Below, one piece after another: positions 16,287-29,976 of a stretch of 64,000 nt of DNA. A program made the position numbers and the translations under genes. Source of the DNA: the human T2T-CHM13v2.0 reference genome, Homo sapiens; assembly GCF_009914755.1 (NCBI RefSeq), contig NC_060942.1; one strand, 5' to 3'. Below the pieces are notes generated by a model. It worked only from the letters and a program-made list of their open reading frames with translations. It searched no databases and was not told the origin of the DNA. Position 1 is the first letter of the stretch; every line of letters begins with the position of its first letter.

Positions 16287-16640
16287 GCATCTATGTAGGC
16301 ATATACCCACCAATGTGTGAGAAAAAGGTGCCCTCCAGAGGAGTAATTATAGTTTTTTTGGGGGGAGGATTGTTTTTTCTTTTAGATCCAGACCTATGGA
16401 GTCACAGAAGAGTTATTGTTGACATCTACCATGAGAAATCAATGTTATTTCCTTATTTTGAGATAAGAAACTGTTCATTATTACAGTGAAAGTTCTAGCC
16501 CTGACCTATTAATAACTATTAACAGTTTGAGTATCAAAATACAGACTCTATTCCATTAATACTATGTCTATGAATTTCAATGAATTTCACTAAAATGTCA
16601 AGGCTTTTTGTCCTCATTTTTCATTAACAATTTGCTTCTT

Positions 16641-16936
16641 AGACAGGTGCGGTGACTCATGCCTCTAATCCCAGCACTTTGGGAGGCTGAGGTGGGAGGA
16701 TCACTGGAAGCTAGGAGATCAAAACCAGCCTGGGCAAATAGTGAGACCCAATCTCTCTACAAAATAAAAATTTAAAAATTAGCCAGGCATTGTTGTGCAT
16801 GCGTATAGTCCCAGCTACTCAGAAGGCTGAAGTGGGAGGATTGCTTAAGCCCAGGAGTTCAAGGCTGCAGTGAGTCACAATCGTGCCACTGCACTCCAGC
16901 CTGGGGGACAGAGCAAGGCCCTGTCTCTAAAAAAAG
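16641..16936 (+). mobile_element. AluJ
   Basis: ggaggattgcttaagcccaggagttcaaggctgcagtgag is a J-type right arm. Confidence 0.9.
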
Positions 16937-17990
16937 AACCAAAGAGCCTACTCCACACCTTCCATCCCTGTGGGAACATTGAGATGGAACAGGAAGAAAG
17001 GAGTAGACAGAAGAGAGAGGCAAATAAATTTAGAAGGTTTCAAGCAAAGAGACAAGAAGGGAGCAGGAGTTTGGAGGTCAAGGAGAGAGAGGATGCCCCA
17101 GGCAGCCTCCAGTCCCAGCCTCTGCAATCTAGAGGTCTTCCTTTAGAAACTACAACCATGTTGCTTTCCACAAGAAACACATTTGCTGCTTTTACAGAAT
17201 ACCCAAGGCCTTCATTTTCTTCCTTTTTCTCAGCATCTTCTTTAGCATGCTCTCCATTTTAGATCCTGTCTGTGATCATCCAGTCTCAGCATTCCTCTTT
17301 CCAACTTCTGACAACGCAAAGAGGTTGGTATGTCAAATCTCAGCCAGGAGTCATGGCAGGTGGAAGCATCTAAGCATAAAAACAACTACTGACAACTGCC
17401 CCACATGTTGGATTTGCTTTTCATGACCAGAGCAAATACACTTAAGCTGCGTCATCTCTAAAACTAAAGAATATATAATACATATTTTATATCTGTAACA
17501 AGTTTTTATAAGCAGATTTCTGATTTCACTTTCCTCAAGCAGCTAGACAGTAGAATAGGGGTTGATCAGTCCAGCTGCAAACTCGTTTCCTAAGCCAGAA
17601 AAGAAGGAAAGGAAGAAGGCTGCAGTCAGAGTTCCACGACACTAGTGAGCTGGTGGAGAAATTTTCCCTTCTCCATCTCTGACTGAAAGGATCTTTAAAA
17701 GCAGGTGAGCATGCGGAGCAAAACACACACTGCAATTCAAGAGTGAAGACTGGATGGTGGTTTAATGGAGAAGCACAGAGGACGAGCCTACATTTGAAGG
17801 CAGAAATCAGAGAGCACTTGGGTGGTTACGCATCCAGGTGCACCGAACTGAATGGGACAAGCACCTGGGGCCACAGGTGAACCAGGCCGTGTGGGAACTG
17901 GGAATATCAGGATCCAGGCAAGCTTCTGCCATTGGCTATCCCACATCCTGAGGTGCATTCACTTCCACAAGTGCTCCTTTACTTTTTCCC

Positions 17991-18195
17991 TCCCAGGAAT
18001 ACACAAGACCCACCTCCCCACCTTTATTTCTTACCATGTTCCCAGAGCCACACAAGACCCACATCCCCACCTTTATTTCTCACCATTTTCCCAGAGCCAC
18101 ACAAGGCCCACTTCCCCACCTTTATCTCTTACCATTTTCCCAGAGCCACACAAGAGCCACCTCCCCACCTTTATTTCTCACCATTTTCACAAGAC
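17991..18195. repeat. 49-bp minisatellite, about 4 copies
   Basis: Unit acacaagacccacctccccacctttatttcttaccattttcccagagcc starts at 18001, 18050, 18099 and 18148. Confidence 0.95.
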
Positions 18196-18812
18196 TTCTT
18201 TGAGATTTGCAAATATCTCTACTTACACCCTCTCTGCTATGTCCTACTTGTTCTACTTTTTGTTCTATTTATTGGTTAAATTTTTTGTTCTATTTATTGT
18301 TAAGGGAATTATTTCCCCTTCCTCCTCCATAGCTAGATTTCTTTAAGTGGAAAAGGATATATTCCTGTGGCCAAAATGAAAGTATCAATAAGGTTTTCTT
18401 CCTTTGCATTTACTACTTTCCTCAAATCAAGTGCAAGAATTCTGACATCAATAGAGCCTCTGCCTCCTTCAACTCTTTTGTTGTCTGTTACTGAAAAGTC
18501 AGAGCAAGAGATAAAGTTAATGAAAAGAGATAAAGTTAATTTGTGCTAAGCAATTCAAATTCCCTGTGAACTGTCGAATCAATGGTTGAATCTTAAGCAT
18601 AGTAATTCACATGGAATATCAAACATTTCACAGTTCGCCAACAGCCTCATGTCTTTCTCAAAGAATTCCCAGAATAGTAATTTCAACATTCCCACCCTTT
18701 TCCATTCTGAAAATTTCCTCACTGGTGCTCACTTAGGAGCAAGGAATAAGTCAAATCTTGAGAAAACTCATGAGCTATTCTAGAAGCACAAAGAGTTTTC
18801 CCTTTTGGAGAC

Positions 18813-19231
18813 TTATAGGTTGAATTGGGTCCATCCCAAAATACATATGTTGAAGTCCTAACCCGCTGTAATTCAGAATGTGATCTTATTTGGAAACAAG
18901 CACTTTACAGAGGTAATCAAGTAAAAATGAGGTCATCAGGCTGGGCCCTAATACAATAGGACAGGGGTACTTGTCAAAGGGGGAAATTTGGATGCAGAGA
19001 TGATCATACAGAGAAGACAATATAAGGAGACACAGGGAGAAGACAGCCATCTACAGGCCAAGGAGAGAGGCCTGGAACAGATCCTTTCCTTATATCCCTC
19101 ACAAGGAACCAACCCTGCCAGCACTTTGATTTTGGATATCCAGCCTGGAGAATGGTGAGACAATAAATTTCTGTTTTCTAAGCCACCCAGTCTGTGATAC
19201 TTTGTTACCACAGCCCTAGAAAACTAACACA
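18813..19231 (+). mobile_element. MLT1B-like solo LTR
   Basis: atgttgaagtcctaaccc...ttatttggaaa...gccctagaaaactaacaca; 5-bp TSD GAGAC. Confidence 0.85.
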
Positions 19232-19719
19232 GAGACATCCAAAAATCACATCCAGAATAAAAGATAAGATGGTAAGGTTCCAGGGGAGGATGGGCCTCCC
19301 TTAAAGGCCATCTGGAACGTTCCATCCACAGTGAAAGATAAAGAAGTGAGATTTTATGTACAAAGCACATAGCATAGTTCCTGACATATAGTCACCACTC
19401 AAAACAAATGAGTTCTCACCACACTTCCAGGAGTTAGAGAGCACACACTCCTTTCTTATTGCCTTGTGAGGTAAAAAGGTCATCTAAACAGACAAGAGGA
19501 TGTGGGACTGACTTCACCAGCTACCACAGGCCTCTCCTATCAGGTGAGAATATGCCTAAGAAAATTCAGTTCACACCATCAGATATAACGAAACGCCATG
19601 AAATGGAGACAATGGGATGAGTCTTATAGAATAGACAAAATTAACAAAATTAAGTTCCTTGCCTTGAAGAGTCCAAGTTAACTGAATATTCACTGGCAAA
19701 TATTGATTCTTATCATATA

Positions 19720-19912
19720 GCATACACAATAATCAATTCAAAATGGATTAAAGACTTAAACGTAAGACCTGAAATCGTAAAACTCTTAGAAGAAAACATG
19801 GGGCAAAGGTTTTTGACACTGATCTTGGCAATGATGTTTTGGATATGATACCAAAAGCACAGGCAATGAAAGCAAAAGGAAATGAGTGGGACTATATCAA
19901 ATGAAAACGTTT
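19720..19912 (+). mobile_element. L1 ORF2 fragment
   Basis: aatcaattcaaaatggattaaagacttaaacgtaagacctgaaa...ccaaaagcacaggcaa. Confidence 0.85.
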
Positions 19913-20224
19913 CTGGCTCGGGGAATGAATCTCCAAGTCCATTATTATACATTAAGCAGATGCAAATACATCACCAAACCTCACCTTCAGCTCCCAATGG
20001 TCTCCAAAAAGATTATTACTCAAAGAATCCCTGTCTCATAGGATCCCAGCACTTCCTGCAGGAAAGCACCATGTTAATCTCCAAGCATTCATGTTTCTCA
20101 AATAACAGTCCCAGAGGGACAAAAAAAGCCAAATGGCTCAGCATAAGGTCACAGCATATGTCTGTTTTGGAAGTTCTAGTACATTAGTTTTTCATTTCTG
20201 TATCTTGAGAAACATACATTCTTG

Positions 20225-20830
20225 AAGAAAATTTTTACTATGAACATATTAAGCCTCCCATCCATCAGCCACCTCCAAGCCATTATCCTGAGATAGTCTC
20301 ATTTCATCTGTACTCCCCCCATTTCCTCACCCACTGGATTATTAAATCCCCAACATATCACTTCACTCACAAATACTTCAATATACAAGATAGGATTCTT
20401 TTTCTATATAATCAAATAGCACACTCAAAAATTAATAACAGTTCCTCACTATCAACAACTCCCCTGACTATTGGGTAATTTTTACTTTGTAACTTTTACA
20501 TACAGCTAAACCCACTAGATTTGTTGATACCGCTCTTTAACCTTCTTTAATCTATAGGATTCTCGTCTCTCTTTTTTCTCGTACCATTTGGTTGTGGAAG
20601 ATACTAGATCATTTGTCTTGCCAAATTTCCCACATTCTGGATTACCGATTGCCTCCCCAGGGAATAGTTTAACCTGTTCTTATTAACTATCAGCTTAGAG
20701 GCCTGATCAGATTCAAGCTCCATTTTTGAAAAGAATATGTGTGGTGCTGGAGACACAGCATCTGATTGTTTCTCTGCGATGAGGCTTGAGCCAGTGAGGT
20801 CATGTGCTACCAGCCTGATCTATCCATTAC
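20225..20830 (-). mobile_element. Old L1M (MC/ME) 3' fragment
   Basis: aaatttcccacattctggatt and cttagaggcctgatcagattcaag motifs. Confidence 0.5.
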
Positions 20831-20837
20831 AGAATTT

Positions 20838-21320
20838 CTGTCCTAGTTTTTGTCCCCCATGTAGAGTCTGGGACAAGAGCATGGGTGCAGAAGGTTGATT
20901 TGGGAGTTGATCCCAGGAAGCAGTAGCGACGGAGCAGGACCAGTGACACAGGAGAGGAAGAAAAAGCAACAAAAGTATGCATTAGCAAGTCCACTGAGAC
21001 CTCCTGAGAAGCATGAAGACATCCAAGAATAATCCACCTGGAAAATAAGAGGCAGGACCCTTTGTCCATCAGTTCCCATCTCTAGGTTGAAGGTTGCTCC
21101 TGGGGACATTAACTCTTCACTCTCTGGGCTGAATCAGAATGCTGGGGCCAGGGGAACTCAAGGGGTGACAGAGAAGGCTCAAGAGCAGGGAGCAAAAAGA
21201 CTTCAAGTGCACTGAGGAGGAATGTTGGTAGTGGGAGAGGAATCTGAGTGCAACAGATCTGTCCACCAGCACTGAGGCCAAAACCAGAGGTGGTTCAAGG
21301 AGACAGAGCACAAGCATCAG
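20838..21320 (-). mobile_element. LTR16-like ERVL LTR
   Basis: gatttgggagttgatcccaggaagca...gacacaggagaggaag motif. Confidence 0.6.
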
Positions 21321-21339
21321 AGATACCTGCCCCAGTCCC

Positions 21340-21400
21340 CATTAGTTCTGTTTCTCTATGTATCATCCTATTAGTTCTGTTTCTCTGGAGAACGCTAATA
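21340..21400 (+). mobile_element. MLT2 LTR 3'-terminal fragment
   Basis: catcctattagttctgtttctctggagaac(g)ctaata. Confidence 0.65.
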
Positions 21401-21818
21401 TGTTAGCATTTATTATTATATTTTGTACATTTTATATTACGTGTTTCATAATACATATTATACATAATATCATATATAAATGCATATATCAGTACTTCTC
21501 ATTTCTCCCTCACTCCTCAAATCAAAGGTGGCCTGCTGTGCACACTGTTCTGTACCTTACTGTGTCCTAGGGATCTTTCCATATCAGTGTATAGAGGCCC
21601 CCTCACTTCTATCTACACCTACATAGTAGGGCATTATGTGGCTACCTCAAAATTTATTCACCAGTCTTCTACTCATGAACACTGGGTAGAGGATTTTTCT
21701 GTTTCAATTGGTACAGCAGTAAATTACCTTCTGCATCAGTAATTTTATGTTTTTTGCCTACAAATCTTAATAGATACCTCGAAGCAGGATTGTAGGATCA
21801 AAATGCAAATGCATATGT
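21400..21818 (-). mobile_element. L1ME-type fragment
   Basis: atctttccatatcagt...aatttattcaccagtc...gcaggattgtaggatcaaa. Confidence 0.6.
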
Positions 21819-23875
21819 TCATTACTTGAGAAAATTAACACACTCCCTAGTATCTGGAATGCAGCTATTAACCTGGCAAATGCCTTTTTCTCCATACCTG
21901 TCAATACAGCCCACCAGAAGCAGTTTGCTTTCAGCTGGCAAGACCAGCAATACATCTGCACTGTCTTTCCTCAGAGGTCTATCAACCCTCCAGCCTGAAG
22001 TCATCATTTAAGTCACAGGGATCTTGAACACTTTCTATAAGATGTCACACAGGTCCATTACATTGAGGACATGATGCTGATTAGACCTAATGAGCAAGAC
22101 GTAGCTCTAGACTTACTGATGTCATTGAGATGACATTGAGATGTCACAGGGTGGGAAATAAATCTGACTACAAATCAGGAGCCTTCTACCTGAGTGAAAC
22201 TTCCAGAGGTCCAGTTGTGTGGGGCATGTTGAGATATCCCTCCTAAGGTGAAAGTTAAGTTGCCTCATCTGGCCCTTCCTACAACCAAAAAAGAAGCAAA
22301 ATGCCTTGTGGATCTCTTTGCATTTTGGAGGCAACATATTCCTCATTTGGGTGTGTTACCAAGTGACCCAAAAAGCTGCTACTTTTTAGGGTGGCCCGGA
22401 ACAGGAGGAGGCTCTGTAACAGGTCAAGGCTTCTGTGCAACCTGTGCTGCTACTTGGGCCACACGATCCAGCAGATCCGACGGTGCTTGAGGTGTCAGTG
22501 GCAGACACGGATGCTATCTGAAGCTTTTGGCAGGCTTCTAGAGGTGAATGGCAGTGCAGACCCTTAGAATTTTTTAATTAAGCCCTGCCATCCTCCACAA
22601 ATAATTACTCTCCTTTTGAGACATGGCTCTTGGCCTGCTACTAACCTCCATAGAGAGTGAACACTTGACCATGGGTCTCCAAATTACCATGCGACCAGAG
22701 CTGTCCTTCATGAACTGGATATTTTCTGGCCCACAACGCTATAATGTTGGTCATGCGTGGCAGCATTCCATCATTGAATGAAAGTTGGTTATATGTGATC
22801 AGGTCCAAGCAGGCCCTGAAGGCACAGTAAATTACATGAAGAAGTGACCCAAACGCCCATGGCCCCCAGTCCTGCTATACTGCCTTCTCTCTCCCAGCCT
22901 GCATCTATGGCCTTGCGGGAAGTTCCCTATGATCAGTTGACAGAGGAAGAAAACACTTGGGCCTGCTTTGCAGATGGCTGTGCCTGATATTCAGGAAGCT
23001 CTTGAAAGTGGACAGCTGCAGCACTACAGCCCCTTTCTGGGACATCCCTGAGGGACAGCGGTGAAGGAACATAATCCCAGTGGGCAGGACTTCAAGCAGT
23101 GTACCTGGTTGTTCACTTTGCTCAGAAGGATAAAAGGCCAGACATGGGCCGATTCATTTAGATCAATGGTCGGGGACCTGAAATGAAGGTGATTAAAAAT
23201 AAGTGACAAAGAAATGTGGGGAAGAAATATGTGGATAGACCTCTCTGGATGAGCAGAAAATGTGAAGATATTTGTGTCCCATATGAATGCTCACCTCAGC
23301 ATGCTGAGCAACCTCCGGAGAAGAGGATTTTAATAATCAAGTGGACAGACTGACTCGTTCTGTGGACACCAGGCAGCCTCTTTCCCCAGCCACCCCTGCC
23401 ATCGCCCAAAGGACTCATGAACAAAGGGACCATGGTGGTAGGGATGGAGGTTACGCATGGGCTCAGCAACATGGACTTCCACTCTCCAAGACCAACCTAG
23501 CTAGGGCCACTGCTGAGTGCCCAATCTGCCAGCAGCAGAAAGCAACATGGTCCCCGGTATGACACCATTCCCTGAGGTGATCAGCCAGCCACCTAGTGGC
23601 AGGTTGAATGCATTAGAAGGCTTCCATTTTGGAAAGAGCAATATTTTGTTCTTATTTTGAAGTAGACCTTACTGTGGATAGAGATTTGCCTTCCCTGCCT
23701 GCAATACTTCTACCAAACCTACCATCCATGTACTTATAGAATTCCTAATCAAAAATCATGGTACTCATACAGCATTGCTTCTGATCAAGGAATTCACTTC
23801 ACAACAAAAGAAGCATGGCGGTGGGCCCATGTTCATGGAATTCACTTGCCTTACCATGTTCCCCGCCATCCTGAA
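21819..23875 (+). mobile_element. HERV-L internal pol remnant (RT, RNase H, integrase N-terminal part), disrupted
   Basis: Translates to LANAFFSIPV..HQKQFAFSWQ (RT), HYIED (degenerate YIDD) and HEQRDHGGRDGGYAWAQQHGLPL..AECPICQQQ (integrase HHCC); many stops and frameshifts. Confidence 0.93.
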
Positions 23876-24035
23876 GCATTTGAATTAGGACACTGAGTAA
23901 AGCAAACTGCCCTCCCCAATGTGGGTAGATCTCATCCAATTTTTTGGAGGCCTGTATACAACTAAAAGCTAGAGTAAGGGTGAATTTGCTATTTCTACCT
24001 GCTTTCAAGCTGGGACATCAGCCTTCTCCCGCCTT
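23876..24035 (+). mobile_element. MLT2 LTR 5'/middle fragment
   Basis: ctgagtaaagca..tgccctccccaatgtgggt...aagctgggacatcag. Confidence 0.8.
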
Positions 24036-24078
24036 CTCCATTTTTAAAAGCTCTAATATTTGCAGAATATTAATCCTC

Positions 24079-24472
24079 TGTTAAGTTTAGCCTAAAGCTG
24101 CCTCCTTCCATATTTTAAGTTCAACATAAAGGTTTCTCCATAGATAGTAAACTGTAACCTAACTGGATGTGTAAACAAACTGTAAGCTACTCTTATGCCA
24201 ATCACCGAGTTTCAGCCAATCAAAGTAGACCAACTGTTCAAACCATGTTCAAATAAGGCAAACATGGAGCCATAACCAATCCAGCTGTTTCTGTACCTCA
24301 CTTCCAGTTTCTGTATGTCACTTTCCTTTTTCTGTCCTTAAATCTTCAACCACATGGCTGTGCTGGAGGCTCTCTGAACCTATTTTGTTTCAGAAACTGC
24401 CCAAATCAAGAATAATTCTTTGTTCAATTAAACTCTGTTAAATTTAATTTGTCTAAGGTTTTTCTTTTTACA
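24079..24472 (+). mobile_element. MER57 (B-like) solo LTR
   Basis: aagtttagcctaaagctgcctcctt...gccaatcaccgagtttcagccaatcaaag...ttttaca. Confidence 0.85.
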
Positions 24473-25949
24473 CCTGATATAGATTTATTATATTTTTTCC
24501 CAGTTGGGTTTTTTTTTTTTTGCCATACAATTTGTTTTTATTTCATCACCTCCAGTAAGACATCACATAAATATCATTGTTTGGTACCAGTAGTCAGGAA
24601 ATCAACACCAGGAAGAAGCTGACTCCTGAGAGGAGGGCAATACAGCAGCTGGAAACGCTAGCAAGGGCTCTTTCGGATGCATAGAAAGGAACCTCTGAAT
24701 GTGTGGAAGGAAGTAAAGGTGAAGGAGGAAGCCACACACCTGCCTTGGCTCCTGAGGGTCAGTGCACGACTGTAACATGTCACTTCCAAGGACTTTCACC
24801 CTGTCATGGGGCATCAGTTGAATGGGAAATCTCTAGTACATTCCTCTACCATGACCCAGGAAGTAGAAAGTTAAAATCAGTAGGGAAAACAGTGGGAGAA
24901 GTTTATGAGCAAGACCCCTTAATTCGCCAACTAAGTGGTATCTTCTCCAATTGACCGATGTTTTTGAAATTTGTTTGTAGTGAGAACAAAACCTTCAACT
25001 CCTCCACCAGGAAAAGAAGAAACCTCTAAAAGTAAATACTCTCAGAGAGGTGATTCTGTGTACTATTGACAGATAATCTTTAAGGATATCATTCTTTCCT
25101 AACAGCAAGTCTTGATTGGTGGGAGTTGGGGCAGGGATGGGAGGTGGGAGGGCAGCTTGTGACTGAAGGTGAAAAGGAAGCTGTGAGAGGGAAAGAAACG
25201 GAAAGAGAACCTGGAGGCACTAGGGATCAACGTCTCAGCTTCAACACTTTGCCTAGAGCAAGCCCTGGGTGTATGATTTCTTAACCTGTTGGAAAAAATG
25301 AAAAAGAACTTCCCTTGAAAGCTTCATTAATTCTGTAAGCCAGTGATTACAGCAGCCTTTAACAGAAGGGGAATAACCCCTTTTCCCTGAAATCTTAAAG
25401 GAAGACACCTCGAATCAACTTTAGAGGTGGTAGGAGGAAAAGAAATAAAAGGAGCAGAAGAGAGGTGGAAAGGGAGAGGGGAGGAGGAAGGAGAAAAGGG
25501 CAGAGACAAGTCACTGAGGAGGAGAGATGGGCACTATAGTAATGTGAGGGTTAATGGGGAGAGCTAACTCAGAGACACCCCCTGACAAAGGAGACTAAGT
25601 TCCACTGGTTAATCCTCACAAGGCAGAAAGTCCAGCTGTGACATTCCAATAACAGCAGCTGTACTGGACATTTGTCTTTCTTTTTGGCTGCTGAACTACT
25701 AAACCACCTTCATATTTCTTGGGACTTCTCCACTTTGCCAATCTTGGAAGAAGAGCCACTTCTGGCTATAAAGCTGAAAATGCCTGTTACTTTGTTTGCC
25801 AGCCTCTTTTGCAAGCATGACTATCTTAACCTAAACAATTGCTTTGCAAGCTTTAGTGTGCATAGTATAGTGCATTTGAGGGCTTCCCAAACCTTCCCAA
25901 ACCTACATATTGACTGAGTAGAATAGAGTGGAGCCAATTGCATGATTTG

Positions 25950-26375
25950 CAATTGAACCTTCAACTGATTCTGATGCTGCTACCACTATTTGTGCTACAC
26001 TTCTGAGTACACTGACAGACAGCTCCTTCACCAACCCGATGAACCCACCTCGGGCTTTGAAAAGGTCACTAATGATGAAAAAGGAGAGATTGGAAAGGAG
26101 AGAGGTGGGGTTTGCAGCAAGTCCAAGTTCCTGGAGCTGCAAGAGCAGAGGAGGTAATGCTGTATCCACCTTCTTGGGTCATGGATGTTGGAAGTGCAAG
26201 TGCATGGCTGGAGGGGCTTGGTAGGCAGAGGTGTCTGGTGTCTTTGCTGAACCAGTTCTGTGGCATAGAACCCAAGTCGACTTCTCCAGTCCTCCTGGTG
26301 ATTTCATTAGTCACTGAATCACTTTTCTGCTAAAATCTGTTAGTTTGATCATGTTGTTTGGAAATAAGGGCTTCC
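25950..26375 (+). mobile_element. Old ERVL (LTR33-like) LTR remnant
   Basis: The 3' end aatcacttttctgctaaaatctgttag...tgttgtttggaaataag resembles LTR33/MLT-type termini; 5' boundary uncertain. Confidence 0.4.
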
Positions 26376-26410
26376 ACAAAAATAAAAACTAAAATAAAGA
26401 CATGACCTTC

Positions 26411-26750
<340 letters not shown>

Positions 26751-27553
26751 TCACCATGCACTCAACAAATGTGTCTCGTGTTGCTATTGTCATTTACTAT
26801 TATTATTACCTACAAAACAAACAGATCTTCACAATCACCCATCTCATGTTTTTCTTTAGCTATATAATTCCCTTCAAAGACATAAACACATGTATAAGAA
26901 AAACGTGAATCTAATTTTGCAACTCCATCTTCAGTAATACTCATCAACTCTCCTACCTGTCAGAACTTTGGGCCTTGAAAACATAGCAAGAAGAAGAGAA
27001 AGGAAATTGGAAAAAAGCAGGGTATCAGAGGCAACACCAATGACTGGTATCTAACTTAAAAGCTATGAAAAGTTATATATTAGAAGAAAATGTTGCCTAT
27101 GCCCTAAATAGATATTCTTGAATGAATATCCTAATCAATATTTTAAGGAATATATACAGAGGATGGTGTTCAGCTGGTTTGCCCATATTTTATAAAAATA
27201 TGTCCTGACAAGATTATGTGGTAGATAGTATGTTGGATTTAAGAGTTCAAATATAGACTGATTTTCTAGCCTGGTTCTATAGGTAGTGAGATATTTAATA
27301 TTTTTAAAATAGTAAATATCTACTAAACACAGATTTACTGTAAATTCATCTTTAAAGACTCCTGTTAAATTACATCCAATATAATTATATTTACTTCAGT
27401 TTATTTCAGTCATATATACCCAATCTTTATATTAGAATCACAGATTATTCGGGATAGAATATTAGATATTAGAATCATAGATCGTTAGGGATAGAAGGAA
27501 CTTACGAAATTTTCTCATAACTCACCTGATACTTAGTGACAAAGCCCAGATTA

Positions 27554-27916
<363 letters not shown>

Positions 27917-29120
27917 TTAACAAAATATAAAATATATTCAAAAATATCTGAACATAAACATTAAGAAATGTTACCTTCTTTTAGAGAATTAAACCCTTTA
28001 TCACTGTGTAGTGCCCCGCTTTATCCTTATAATTTTTTTGTCCTGAAGTTTGCTTTGTCCAAAACTAATATAGCTACTCCAGCTTTCAACTGATCAGCAT
28101 TAGCATGGTATACCTTTCCTCATACATTAAATTTTAATCCATCTGTGTCTTTATATTTAAAATTAGTTTTCTGTCAATAATAAATAATTGGATCATGTTT
28201 TTTGATACACTTTGATAGTCTTTGCCTTTTAATTGGTGTATTTTAACATTTAATGTGATTGTTGACATAGTTAGAGTGATATCTGCTATATTTGTAACTA
28301 TTTTCTATTCATTGCCCTTGCTCTTGTTTCTTTTTTATCTTTCACTCTTTTTCTACCTTCTCTGGTTTTAATTGAGCATTTTATATGATTCATTTTTCTT
28401 TCCTCCCTTAGCATATCAATTATACTTTTTATAATTTGTTGGGTGGTTACACTAGATTTTGCAGTGTACATTTACAACTAATCCAAGTCAAATAACACTA
28501 TACCATTTCACAGGTAGTACAAGTACCTCATAACAGAATATTCCCAGTTCCTCTGTGCTGTCCTCTATAACATTCCTTCATTCCACTCATTTATAAGTTA
28601 TAATTTCCCAACATATGGTTGCCATTATTGTTTTAAACAAACTTCTCTATTATATAAGAATAAGAAAAACAAAATATATTATTTTACCTTCATTTATTCA
28701 TTCTCTAACACTCTTTCTTTCTGTATGTAGATCTGTTTCTGACCTAAATCGCCTTTTTCTTTCTGAAGAATTTTTTACATTGCTTTCAGGGTGGGTCTTC
28801 TGGAAACAAATTCCCTCACCTTTTGTTTGTTTTAGAAAATCTTTATTCCTCTTTCAGTTTTGAAGGATAATTTTACTAGATACAAGAATTCTAGGTTGGT
28901 GCATTTTTTCTTTCAATGCTTTGAATATTTCACGCCACTATCTTCTTGCTTGCATGATTTATAAAGAAAAGTCTGATGTAATTCTTATCCTTGCTCCTCT
29001 AGAGGTAAGGTGTTTATTTCTCCTGGCTTATTTTAAGATGTTCTCTTTGTCTTTGAGTTTCTTTAGTTTAAATATGATATCCTAGATATAAATCTTTTGT
29101 TCTTTATCCTGCTTGGTGTT

Positions 29121-29511
29121 TGTTTCAGTTCATTTTCTGCTGCTAATAATAGAATAACTAAAACTGCATAATTTATAAAGAAAAGGAAATTATTTCTTAT
29201 AATTATGGAAGCTGGGAAGTTCAAGGTTAAGGGGCTTACCTGATGAGTGCCTTCTTGCTGGTGGGGACTCTGCAAAGATGGCATAGAGAATGACATAGTT
29301 AGAGGCTGAGCACGCTAGCTCAGCTCTCTTCCTCTTCTTATACAGTCACTAGTCCTGCTCCCGTGATAACCCATTAATTTACTAACCCACTAATCCATGA
29401 ATGGATTAATCCATTCAATCACCTCATAAAGATCCCACCTCTCAATACTGCCACATTTGGGATTAAATTTCAACACAAGTTTTGGAGGGCACAACTATTC
29501 AAACCATAGCA
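29121..29511 (-). mobile_element. MST (C/D-like) solo LTR inside the L1
   Basis: Ends attcaaaccatagca; 5-bp TSD GTGTT at 29116-29120 and 29512-29516. Confidence 0.85.
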
Positions 29512-29594
29512 GTGTTCTTTGAGCCTCCTGAATCTGTGGTTTGGTGTCTGTCATTAATCTCGGAAAATTCTTAGTCATTATTACTTCAAATATT

Positions 29595-29976
29595 TTCTCT
29601 CTCTCGCTTGCTCTCTCTCTCTCTCTCTCTCTCTGTGTCTGTCTGTCTCTCTCTCTCTCTCCCCAACTCCTTCTTTCCCCCCACCCCACCTGAGATGGAG
29701 TCTCACTCCCATCAGCCAGGCTGGAGTGCAGTGGCACAATCAAGCTCACTGCAGCCTCAATTTCCTGGCTCAGGTGATTCTCCCACCTCAGCTTTCCGAG
29801 TAGCTGGGGCTACAGGTATATGCCACCCAGCCCCGCTAATGTTTTTTTTGTTTTTTTAGTAGTAGATATGGGGTTTTGCCATGCTACCCAGGTTGGTCTC
29901 TGACTCCTGGAATGAAACGATTTGCCCACCTTGGCTTCCCAAAGTGCTGAGATTATAGGCATGAGCCACTGTGTCC
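29595..29976 (-). mobile_element. AluJ with an adjoining (CT)n microsatellite at its tail end
   Basis: Reverse Alu at 29690-29976; (CT)n/(CTGT)n at 29595-29662. Confidence 0.85.

Noticed and set aside
17991-18195. CRISPR-like appearance of regular repeats (also 63045-63174)
   Set aside because: Head-to-tail units with no unique spacers, no cas genes, and a primate context
17852-18346. 164-aa ORF, the longest in the window
   Set aside because: Stays open because it crosses the stop-poor 49-bp minisatellite; no recognisable domain
21819-23875. Possible functional or domesticated RT/integrase gene
   Set aside because: Many stops and frameshifts, the catalytic YIDD reads YIED, and only short ORF fragments remain
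25672-26333. Cluster of overlapping ORFs suggesting a processed pseudogene
   Set aside because: No recognisable protein, poly(A) or TSD; the 3' end looks like an old ERVL LTR
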